Shown: one piece after another, positions 43,978-57,209 of the stretch
Layout of the letters: every line of letters begins with the position of its first letter
Numbering within the stretch: position 1 is the first letter of the stretch
Source of the DNA: the human T2T-CHM13v2.0 reference genome, Homo sapiens
DNA length: 64,000 nucleotides
NCBI RefSeq assembly: GCF_009914755.1
Contig: NC_060928.1
Strand: one strand, 5' to 3'
Made by a program: the position numbers and the translations under genes
Notes under the pieces: model-generated
Database searches by the model: none
Seen by the model: only the letters and a program-made list of their open reading frames with translations
Told to the model about the DNA's origin: nothing

Positions 43978-45224
43978 TAACAGTCCCTTTTAAATACTTT
44001 TTCAACTAGTGATGTCTTCTTTGGCTTATTCATGTTTTCATCACTTTTCAATTGATTTTTTTCTTTTATATCCTTTATTTAAGTAGCTGCTTCTTGAAGA
44101 AAATGCAAGATGTGTATAGAGGAATGACTTTTGTTGTTTAATAAATTTCTGCAATGCCTATTAATGTAAATATATGAAAAACACATTTTATTTGCTAATA
44201 GTTTGGGACTTTATACATTATTGCACCATTGATCACCTTTGCAGAAATACATAATTAATACCTAGTGCCTTAGTTTTATTATGTATTGCTTGCAAAGGGA
44301 GAATGGATATAATTAGTGAAAATTCTTCAAAATCAGGGACTGGAAATCATTTTTAAGTTCATCCTATCCATTTTTTAAGCTAAATTGTTTGTCTTTAAAT
44401 TCCTGGATCCCTGTTGTTTACTACCATAGATAAGACATAGTGACCATAATTTAAACTAGCTATGGACCCTAGAGGAATGCTGTGGTTCAGTTATGTAATC
44501 AAGATGATCATGATGAGGACAAGGACAATGAATTAGTATTAATACTTAATATTTACTGTGAGCTATTATGATTCGGCCCTGTGCTAGCAGCTTTATTACT
44601 ATCATCTCATTTCTCATAGCAGTCACACAATAATGTTATGATAGTTTCACCTCCCATTTACAGATGAGGAAACGGAAACTTACTGAGGTTACCCAAGGCC
44701 ATTCAGGTATGAAGACAAGCCTGAGTCTGTTTGCCTCTGCTGAAGAAACCACTGTACAATAGCATCTACCTGTGACATACCAAAAGGCCTTGCACTGTGA
44801 TGGTTCCTGCCTCCACAGACTCTTGAGTCTTGAATAATGTGTTTCCGCCAATTCTCAGGTAATGAAGGTACAAAATTGATGGAAAGCTTTTATTTAAAAA
44901 TCACTCAGAGGTTGCAGATTTTAAAAACAGAAGGTCACCATTTCCTTCTCTGAAATACTAGCATGATAGCCATCTTTCCTCATCTTCTTCATAGTTCTAT
45001 GAGATAGATTTAACCAAAAAGCCACCTCCTGCAACCTCTTTTGTTTTTGTTTTTTAAAAAAATCATTGTAATATACCCTGATGTGAAAACAGGAGACAGT
45101 CACTTGAGTCTTTCAAGCAACTACAAGTAGCAAATAAATTTGATGCCATTTTACTGTGTAGGAGGAAATACACGTTTCCATTACCCCATGATGAACCTAA
45201 TGATAAAATCTAGATAGAGCCAGA

Positions 45225-47394
45225 TGTATATTTTGTTAACATTTTTATTGGTACGTGCTCTCAGTACAACAAACAGCATCAGTAGTGTACACTTTGATAA
45301 AAAGGAATTTTTAGCTTAGTAGAAAAGAAAGCCCAAAGGTCAGAAGTATAATGAATATGTACATCTTTATGGAAACTGTTTGTGTGACCATCTTTATCTT
45401 CCCCTGTGGATGAGATGTATGCACACACAAGTAAACTAGAGAGAATTTTATTCTATGGGAATTTTTAGGAAAAAAAAAAGACTTAAGGCTTAGGGATTGT
45501 TTTACTATCTGGAATTTGCCTAATTTGACCTTCAAAGTTCTTGCACAAAGTAGCAGCAATTCTTTAGAGGTATAGAGTCAATAGTTTAAGCTGTTAGTTT
45601 ACAACGATTAAAATGCAAAAGTTCTTGCACATTCTGTGCTTTGAGAGGTTAATTCATCTACATTTTAGTTTGTATAATATATTTTTAGACAGCTCAGGTA
45701 CTGACCTCAAAATCATTATGCTGATATCACTATCTCCTCTCATGTACATGTAATTCATGATGCACTTATCTCTTTCAAAAACTTTTAAAAATGTTTCTAA
45801 TTCACAATTTCATTGAACAGCTAGCTGAGTCCATACAATTTAATGTTTCCTTGAAGGGAAACAAGTCATCAACTTAATATCAACTACTAAAAATGCAAGA
45901 TGTTTGCATAACATCAAATTTGTTCAGTTTTAGCTTTTGAGTTGGCTGTAGTAGTTTGCTTAAAGGTCTCTATGCACAGAACAAAGCATGCATCTCTAAT
46001 TATGTCTCTCTAGTTTACCAAAATATGTAATTGATATTAGTGTAAATATTTAGTACATAAAAATACTATCAAGAAAAAAAAATCAACTTTTAATAAATAT
46101 CTTCAGTTCTGAATTCTATGTACAAGTACTTTACATCTACTCCCTGGAGAGAGCATTTCTGGCTTTGCTGTGAGCAAGGTGACTACTGACATAAATTATT
46201 AGCACATTATTGCAGTCAGATGCATTGTGGTTGTGAACATTTGAACATGAACCATATGGAAAATAAATATCTCAACCATCGACATATGCTTTCTTGAACC
46301 TGCCTTCAAAGCCCCAAAGCTCTACTATACTCAAATATCAATTCTAGACTGATGATATTTTTCTCAGCTACCAACATACAAATAAGTTATCCCAAAACTT
46401 TTTCCTTTGCGATTATTACAGTACATTGAGTATAACTGTTTGTATCTGTCAACAATGCGAAAATTAAAAAAGAACACACACACACAAAAACAAAGGACAC
46501 CTCAACGGTGCCTACTGAGGTCCTGGAAAGAGGGTTTCAGTTTTGTCTTGCACGAGTTCATTATTTACTATTCGTTGATCCCTGTGACCACAAGTGTACT
46601 AAGACACCAATCCTTTAAATTATAAGTATAGAAGGCAATAGGTAAGCTGATATCTGTATATCTATAGCTTTTGTGTTTCTTTTCTTTTTCTATAATTTAC
46701 GTATCACATTGTTGATTCAACAAAACCCTTTATATTGTCAGTAGCTGTAATTCTAACTTCTCTTTTGTAATACTCTGCTTTGAAAATTAACCTATAGAAT
46801 GTCAAACAAGGCAATACTCAACGACAGGCACCTAGAACATCCAGAAATGTAATATAGTAAACAATCATTTGAGAACACATCTCTTAAAATAATACTGATT
46901 TTTGCAATATACAGTATTTACACAACAGCTGCAAATTTGCTCATACAATATTTCTAATATAGATAAATAGGAATACAAGTCTAAGAATTCTTTGTTCCAT
47001 ATCCAAAATTTCTTGTTAAAGTGTAAACCATTGGTATCTCTTTTTAATTTTTACTGTAACTTTTCTAAAACAAACAAAAAGTCAGCTGATATGCACAATT
47101 GGTTCCAGTCCCTTTTCTGCTTCAGAGAGCGACCAACACAATCTTAGCAACATATTTTTCTTTTGTAATAATCTTTGGTGATTTCTTCCAATGAATTCTG
47201 GTAAATGAGTCAATGCAGAACAAAAGGAGGATGAAAGCAACTAGAAAGTGAGCCAGCACTTTCTGTTCTTCCAATTACAGATAAAATGAGCTGACGATCT
47301 ATAGAGATTTCCACTTTAAACAAGCATATGCACCATGGGAAGAGAGAGGTTGTCCAGGTTTTCCTCTGGTTTCTAGCCTTTTTGGTTCACTTTC
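45225..47394 (-). other. ADAMTS3: ADAMTS3 3' UTR (end approximate)
   Basis: Repeat-poor AU-rich stretch from the stop codon to about 20 nt beyond an AATAAA at 45244-45249. Confidence 0.75.
45244..45249 (-). terminator. Polyadenylation signal AATAAA of ADAMTS3
   Basis: tttatt on + strand about 2.15 kb after the stop codon; T-rich sequence follows on the minus strand. Confidence 0.7.
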
Positions 47395-47963
47395 TCATCT
47401 TTCTAAGGTGGATGATCTTGTCGGACGTCTGTTGTCAATGATCTTTCCATCTTTCTTTGAGGTTCTTGCCTGAGAAGAAGCACCTATTGAATCACTGGCT
47501 GCAAAGAAGGAAGCAGCAGCCATTTGTGAAGCTGAACTGAGGTGGACCCTCTTGGTGGGTGGGGAGGATGGTACGGTGACCAGTCTCACAGTCTTACTTC
47601 CTGCTTGCTGAGCACTCCTCTGGCGTAAATTAGCACCATCAGGTTTACTGTTTGGCCTGAAAGCAGCATATGCATTTGGACCTCCCACTGAAGAGATGCT
47701 ACTCAAAGACATCTTCTTTGCAGGGGTCTCTGAATGATAAGGAACCAAAGATGTAGGCATCACTAGAGATCTAGGGAGGTCACTAGGGTTAGAGATGACA
47801 TCATCATGAGTTTCAGCAGCTTCTAGAAGGTATGGTGGTGGCAGGGTGCTACTGCGCTTGCTGCAGGACTCACAACATAACTTGTTATAACCTGGTATGG
47901 AGCAGTATCGTGCCAACACTTCCATTTGACAGAATATGGACTTGTCTCCCAAACATGGTTCAT
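47395..47963 (-). CDS. ADAMTS3: ADAMTS3 last exon, coding part: PLAC domain and C-terminal tail
   Basis: (D)[33 protein letters not shown]...[14 protein letters not shown], recognised as ADAMTS3 C-terminus; acceptor tttttgcAG; 569 nt, phase 1. Confidence 0.97.
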
Positions 47964-48378
47964 CTGCAAAAATAAAAAGAAAATAAACTAACACTAGCAT
48001 CTAAACATAAAATAAAAGGAGGAAAAAAATTAAAATTTTTAATGAATGTAAAAAGATTTAAGTGCAATCTGACACTAACGGGAGTGATCCACACGAGCTT
48101 TTGCATTAAAAATATGAATATTAGAATGAATTCACTAAAATAAGTAGTTCTTTGTCTACAAAGTCCTTGTGATGATCATTATTTTAATATTTCCACCAGG
48201 AGTCTTCAGACCACAGAGGGTATTTTTTTCTCCAAGTAGGAACCTATATCTGATTTTAGAATGGGCAAAGATAATTTATTTAACGTTGTGGTTAAATTTT
48301 TAGGATGCAAAGGGGCATCTGTATTTTTATTTTATGGTATTTCTGACTTTCTCAGAGGGTACTCCCTACATTACGTTA

Positions 48379-48829
<451 letters not shown>

Positions 48830-50989
48830 TCATGGTTCTTACATTTAATTTTATTGAATTGACAGTACTTTATGTTTAAAGGATACTTAGTAACACTCAT
48901 AAAATGTAATTTCATTGAATTGACAGCACTTTGTCTAAAAATTACTAAAGTAATACTCATAAAACACTTGATAACATCTAAAGTAACACTTCTAAAACAC
49001 TTCATACTGCATGTGTACACATTATTTTTATTACTTTAAAATTTTATTGATTCCAGGTTACAAGAATTGGATTTCAGATAATCCAAATATTAAGCTCATA
49101 AAAATGTTAACTTGTGCATAGTTTTAGTCATCCTGGGTATACCTTATGAAATAAAGACATATCCTGTGCCTCTCTGATAACAGAACCAGTGCATAGAGTA
49201 GCATCCCTGCATATGTGCAACACAGAAACACTGATCCATGCCCAAAGAAGAAATGCAAAGAACTGTCAATTGTGGCATTTATGTAATAGAATCACTTAAA
49301 GTTACAGCCTATTATTGGGTAATACTATATTGCTAAGAAAGAGGCCTGCTACATAACTCCCCAAAAATTGAAAAAATCCTTTTTCTAAAGTTAGAAACAA
49401 AAAAAGAGAGAGTCAGCTGGCGAAGCCAATAGAGGACTAAAATTACCAACATTGAGCTGTAATACGATGTCCACTTCCCAAATTGTGAAATGACTCATAT
49501 ATGCTTGACATGTGCAGGTCTATTATATGGTATAATGTGTCTGAATACTTCATATAAGCTAGGTCATCATCTAATTATGTTATGAATGAGCATTATATTA
49601 ATGAGTTTCACCTTAAATATTTTCTCATGTGTGAATTTTTTTTTAAAACCTGTATCTTAAAATAAGAAAAATGTCTTCTTTCTGTATGTGTCAGGCTCTA
49701 GGTCTCAAGAGGAGAGGACATTATTCGATCTTGTCCTCTCTTTTTCCTCTAACCCCTTTCCCTCATCGCCCCTGTTAGGAGGCCCCTCTTAGAAGTACGA
49801 CCTGTTTTCTCTGAGTTAGAGAAGGAGTCCAACCAAAGGTCTCCCATGTCTAAGTGTGAGCACTTTGGCATTGCAGAGTCCTGTTCATAACCTGGGTTTC
49901 ATTAGGGCCAGAATTTACTTTTGTGTGGAGGAGCAAAAGGGAGAGATATTCTGAGAAAAATAAGAGCAAAGGAATACATTAACCTTATGGGAATTTGCCT
50001 ACTGATAAATGAGAAGAGCTTACAGGCAAAAAAAAAAAAAAAAAATGGTACAATCAATCAAAATATGGAGTCACATGAAAAAAATCAATCAATTACAAAA
50101 AAATTAAGGCAACTTTTCAGACTTCTCGTTCCACCCCCAAATCATTATAAGAGGTTCTGGAAAAGAGATTCACACATGGTCTCAAAAGGCCATTTGATTC
50201 TAATAGCAGTTTGAGATTCTGATAGAAAGTATTACTTATTTTACTTCAAATATGGTAGAAACATGTGACCGTTAGAACTCTTAGGATTGCCCTTTGGGCC
50301 TCAATTTTAGAACAACAGAACAACTAAAAGGGATATGAAATCACTATGATAGTTAAGCTATCTTATTAGCTCCCTGGTTTTATATTCAAAACAATTTCTT
50401 CTGGCTAAAGAAGGAGAATCAAGAAAATTCTTGCTAACCATTGGGCACGTCTGTAGAAATGCACAGCTGTACCAGCTCCAAGATCAATAAAGCTTACTTA
50501 CAAAGTGGCAGCCTCTTAACAGGAATAACTACATAAGAATAAAATATTCTGGTGACAGTATATGTTAAAACTTCTGAGTAAAGTTTGTTCTTTTGGTTTT
50601 GATTTGTATTTTGAGCTCTTACATATGTCAATACTTTCCAAAGTAAAATGATTAAATATATAAGTCCTATGTCTCCCTCTCATGGTCAGATATGTTCTTG
50701 CTATAATATATTTCAGATGAAAATTTATAATGAAGTAATTTATAAGGGTTGAAGACTTAAAGCCTGAAAATGAGCTTCAAAAAATAAAACATTTGACAAG
50801 ATAGTGCTTTGCCAATTTTCTTGACAAAAAGCACCATTCAGCAGATGTCAATATTCAAACAATGTCTTACTTATGGTGTTGGAGGCCAAGGAAAAAGCAA
50901 CTTCTTTAGGCCTGAGTCTTCTAATATGTGAAAACAACGTCCACAGTTGTCACTGTCGTGGCTTTAGCAGAACTGCATTTAAGAGAAGG

Positions 50990-52442
<1,453 letters not shown>

Positions 52443-53008
52443 TAGCAAATTGACTAAATAAAGAAAATATACTCTGCTTTTGCCATACAGCAAGTTGGCA
52501 GGTCAGGCAAATGCTGAATTTTATCCTATGTGCAAGGTGTCTGTTTGAAGTTACTCTATGGACAGACAGTTATTGGAAATGGCTTTAGGGTTGAGTAACA
52601 TTACCCACAGATCAAAATTGAATAATTTTAGTAAAATATTTCAAAATCTTTGCAAAATTATGCTTTTAATAAAGATGTGAAGTTATAGTTAAATATAACA
52701 AGGAAAAATTAAGTGGTTCCTATTAGCAACACAAATTGATAGACGTTACATATACATGGCACAGCCCTCACTCCAATGCCACCAGCCAGAAATGGCAGGG
52801 CTATAGTGATCATGATAATTAAAAAGTGTAGGACATTACCTCAAATGCTGATCTTAAAGAACTGAACTGGACTAATATTTCACAGGTGTTTTCCTTTGGT
52901 TATTTATCAGTAAACAAATATAAATTCTATAACTTCTCTCAAAAGGAAATTCTGCTTTTTGAGGTTTAAAAACATCAGAGCAGTGAAGTCAATTGGTGTG
53001 ACACCTAC

Positions 53009-53126
53009 CATTACAAGGAGGCAGTTGACAGGCTCTGACCGACTCAGGCTTTTCACCATCACAGTGGTCCCCAGCCCTGCAGAGGACCTGCCTCACCTCC
53101 GTTCCTTCACCGCAGGTCACTGAACA
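53009..53126 (-). CDS. ADAMTS3: ADAMTS3 penultimate exon: last TSP1 repeat
   Basis: [39 protein letters not shown](D); acceptor ctttgtctctgcAG, donor GTaggt; 118 nt, phase 0 to 1. Confidence 0.95.
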
Positions 53127-53175
53127 CTGCAGAGACAAAGGCTGTGGTTACAGACATTTATTGCACCAAGACCAT

Positions 53176-53181
<6 letters not shown>

Positions 53182-53224
<43 letters not shown>
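53182..53224. repeat. (CA)n microsatellite
   Basis: About 21 units. Confidence 0.95.
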
Positions 53225-53226
<2 letters not shown>

Positions 53227-53840
53227 GACACAGAGATCTGGAGTGGGTTCTCTATTAAGTAATGCTGCACAGTGGTTTTGAAGACAGATACTACTGAGTT
53301 TATATTCTGACTCCATTATTTACCAGCCTGGGAGCATTGTTTTTTCTACATAAGATTCACCTTCCTTATCTAGTGGAAAGCTGGGATAATAATACCTGTC
53401 TTATAAGATTGTTGTAGGACTAAATGAAGGCAAAGGAACAAAGTGTATAAAGCAGTAACAAAATTCCTGACACCTAGTAAGCATATCATATGAAAGAAGC
53501 CATGATTAATAACAATGGTAACATCTGCTGTAGTTTCTAAATACAATGTTGATGATGTCTGTTCTCAGGGACCCAATCATAGTATTGACAGTCCTCACTT
53601 CTTTCTTACAGATAGCAGAATTTACTGATAAGTTGCCTTGGATGGTTAATTCAACATCCTTGGAACTACTATTTCTCTGTGCTCTTAAGTTCATTTCTCT
53701 AATGAAAAGGTTTACTGCTCTAAAACTAAGCTCAGAAAGTTCCATGTAATGGCCCTAGGAAGGTGCTGTGGAGGAGGGACTTCTACTGAGACTTTGATAT
53801 GTGTTATCATTATCATCCTATGTGGGTGACCTGCACTTGT

Positions 53841-54204
53841 ACTATGGTTTGAATGTCCCCTCCAAAACTCAGGTTGAAATTTAACTGCCATTGTAACAAT
53901 GTTGAGAGGGACCTTTAAGAGGTGGGACCTTTCTGAGGTGATTTATGGGCATGGGTTAATGCTATTATCTTGGGAATGGGTTAGTTATTGCAGGAATGGG
54001 CTACTGATAGAAGGATCCTCTGTGTCTCTCTTGCATGCCTCCTTGCCATGTGATGCCTTCAGCTACAGGAAGACCCTCTCCAGATGCCAGTGCCATACTC
54101 TTGGACTCTGCAGCCTCCAGAACCATATGCCAAATAAACTTTTGTTCTTTATAAATTACCCAATCTGTGGAATTCTGTTAAAGCAGCAAGAAATAGATAA
54201 GACA
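53841..54204 (+). mobile_element. MST-type MaLR solo LTR
   Basis: 'ctatggtttgaatgtcccctccaaaactc' ... 'ataaattacccaatctgtgg'. Confidence 0.8.
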
Positions 54205-55110
54205 ACTTGCTTGTTTCTTCCTTTCTGGGCTTATTCTCCACTTACTCTTTAGTCTTCTGTCTGCTTTTTCATGCCCTTTCCTCCTATAAACTATTCTCCT
54301 ATGACCCCAAGATTTCTTATTTTGAGTCTTTAGAAATATCTAAGACAGGTGGTAATAGCTGACAATGCAACATTGAGTCAGCCAATTAGCAAACAAACAT
54401 CATCTGGACAGGTATGCTAGGCACTAGCTGAGTGCTGAGGAAACAAGGCATACTATTTTTGAGAAATGTGTGTACTAGTGGCAAATATAGATTCAAGAAT
54501 CAGAGTTATAATACTCTGTCATGAACAGCATGGTAAAGTTAAGTTGTACTGCATTTCAGATATACAGGAGGAACTGCCAGGAAAGGTACCACCTGGAAGG
54601 TGGTCATTTGGACTACGGAGATGAGGTTTGGTGGAGAAGGAGAGATTATCAGGTAGGAGGAGGGGGAGTACAAGTCAGCTGAAAGGTAGGAGGCTCAAAC
54701 AAGCATGGTCTGTTTGGAACAGTGTGAAGTTTACTCGAACTGGGACAAAGAGTTGGAATGAAGAAAGAATAAGAGGAGTTAGTGCAGTGCCAAATGGTGC
54801 TGGGCCCTGCATTCAATATCAGGGGTTTGGAATTTATACTGAAGGAATAGGGAAGTCAACAAAAATATTAGACAAAAGAACAGTCATCTTTCAGACTTCT
54901 TCTCTATGTTATGAAACACATAAACATGGTTTGCCCCTAACATGTACTGTCTTAAAGCATTAATTTTTCCTAACACCTCCAGGTAATTACAAAATATGCA
55001 GTAGTTTCTCAGTTCACACAAAGCCTAACTGATGTTTAAGCCAAATTAAAATATCTACACATGCTTACACACACACTTTACTTATGCATGCACGGAATTC
55101 ACACACCTAC

Positions 55111-55318
55111 CTCACTCCAGGGTCCTGTTTTCCACTGTGCAGGGCAGGGCACTCTGTTACAGGGCCGGCGGCTCTCGGGACGGTCACCCATGCAGTATTT
55201 GCTGTGCACAGAGCGGTTGGTGCCATCAAGGAGTGGCTGAAGGCAGCGTACAGTGCGAAGCTGATAGCCAGAACTTCCACAGGTTTTGGTGCAGTGTTCC
55301 CATTCTTCTGCTACCCAG
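55111..55318 (-). CDS. ADAMTS3: ADAMTS3 coding exon (3rd from last): TSP1 repeat
   Basis: WVAEEWEHCTKTCGSSGYQLRTVRC...CPAQWKTGPWSE within ORF 55099..55386; acceptor cccacAG, donor GTaggt; 208 nt, phase 2 to 0. Confidence 0.96.
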
Positions 55319-55507
55319 CTGTGGGTGCGGGGATTTAATATTGCAATTATCACTGGTATGTATAGTGTACACATTTCTACCTGCAAAGCCTAGACTTTTC
55401 TGCTCTCTAAGTGACTTGCAACCTAGTGGGCACACTGCAGTTCAGGAAGTGGTTTCAGAAAGATGGATATAATGGATAACTTTTTAACAATAGTAGGCTG
55501 AAACTTG

Positions 55508-56148
55508 TATTTTATTATTATTATACTTTAAGTTTTAGGGTACATGTGCACAATGTGCAGGTTAGTTACATATGTATACATGTGCCATGCTGGTGTGCTG
55601 CACCCATTAACTCATCATTTAGCATTAGGTATATCTTCTAATACTATCCCTCCCCCTCCCCCCACCCCACAACAGTCCCCAGAGTGTGATGTTCCCCTTC
55701 CTGTGTCCATGTGTTCTCACTGTTCAATTCCCATCTATGAGTGAGAACATGCGGTGTTTCGTTTTTTGTCCTTGCGATAGTTTACTGAGAATGATGATTT
55801 CCAATTTCATCCATGTCCCTACAAAGGACATGAACTCATCCTTTTTTATGGCTGCATAGTATTCCATGGTGTATATGTGCCACATTTTCTTAATCCAGTC
55901 TATCATTGTTGGACATTTGGGTTGGTTCCAAGTCTTTGCTATTGTGAATAGTGCCGCAATAAACATACGTGTGCATGTGTCTTTATAGAAGCATGATTTA
56001 TAGTCCTTTGGGTATATACCCAGTAATGGGATGGCTGGGTCAAATGGTATTTCTAGTTCTAGATCCCTGAGGAATCGCCACACTGACTTCCACAATGGTT
56101 GAACTAGCTTACAGTCCCACCAACGGTGTAAAAGTTTTCCTATTTCTC
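55508..56148 (-). mobile_element. 5'-truncated L1PA 3' end in ADAMTS3 intron, same strand as gene
   Basis: ORF2 C-terminus ORF 55724..56095; L1 3' UTR; flanking GGCTGAAACTT repeat. Confidence 0.93.
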
Positions 56149-57209
56149 AAATAGGATGTGGCTGAAACTTTTAATGCCCTATTTTTTTCTGCCTCTCAGT
56201 GACTCTGAAATCTTCTTCTTTCCTAAAGGATGATCTACAGAGGGTTTCTGAAACTCATCTTAAAGTTGCCCTGTTAGATTCAGGCATGAAGGCAGTTTTC
56301 AAGGATAGCACCAACTCACTCTCAGTTACATTGCCTAATGGTGTTAAACATCTGACAGTGAATCTTTAAAACAGAATCCATCTAATGGTTGCTAAGACAC
56401 ACTTACGATTTCTTTACATAACCTTCTGTTTTCACTATGGTTTCCTTCTCTCTTGGTCATGTCTATTATACATAGTTAAAAATCTGGTTCACATTCTACA
56501 GAGGATACACCTCATGTCTTTTTCTGGGTTGGACGAGGGCACATTTTTATAAAATCTGGAGAGTTCACTCATGTTTAAATATTTTAACTGATATGACTGT
56601 TTTATTTCTACAGTTGTTGCTATGAAGGCTACTTGACATATCTATACTGTTTGGATAATGCAGTTCTTCTTATTGGCCCTTACTGGGCCTGACAAGAGGT
56701 AAGGGTGGTGTGCATTGGGGCTGGGTAAAAACTGTTCACACAAATGCACCCGATAGAAACATTTCCAGAGGCATTTTCCAAAATATTAACCAGGGGACAT
56801 TCCCAAATTCTAATGTCAGTGTCAGTGTCCCAAGCACTCTCCAAATCAGCTGTGGATACAACATTACACACAGTTCTCCAGTACACATGGTTACCAAGTC
56901 CCAAAGGGTGGTCACCATTGACTCCATCTGGTTATGCAAGCTGTCTGTATGTAATTCAGGCTAAAATGGATTTGCCTTTTCCAAAGTTACTTTCCCTCTG
57001 CAATTTTTTTTTCTTTCCATATATATGAGGCACCAAAATATAACCATGCTAAAACCTTGGCAGTCTTTGGTATTCACAGTTTAAGACTGCTTTAGCTTGT
57101 CAAACTGGTGGTAAAATGAATGTCTCAAGGCAACTGGACTGAGGAATTTTGCTCAATTTTGAAGACTTCAGTGATGACTCTCTTTTGAAGACAAATATTA
57201 TACTTCACA

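Noticed and set aside
47964-48000. N-terminal '[12 protein letters not shown]' of the 201 aa ORF resembles a signal peptide
   Set aside because: It is the translated polypyrimidine tract of the last intron; the exon starts after the AG at 47964-47965.
55319-55386. Open frame upstream of the TSP1 exon suggesting an extended exon
   Set aside because: Upstream AGs (55353-55354, 55381-55382) add 34 or 62 nt and break the frame.
55417-55429. Second CTCF-like motif CCACTAGGTTGCA (minus)
   Set aside because: Mismatch at a highly conserved core G; too weak without data.
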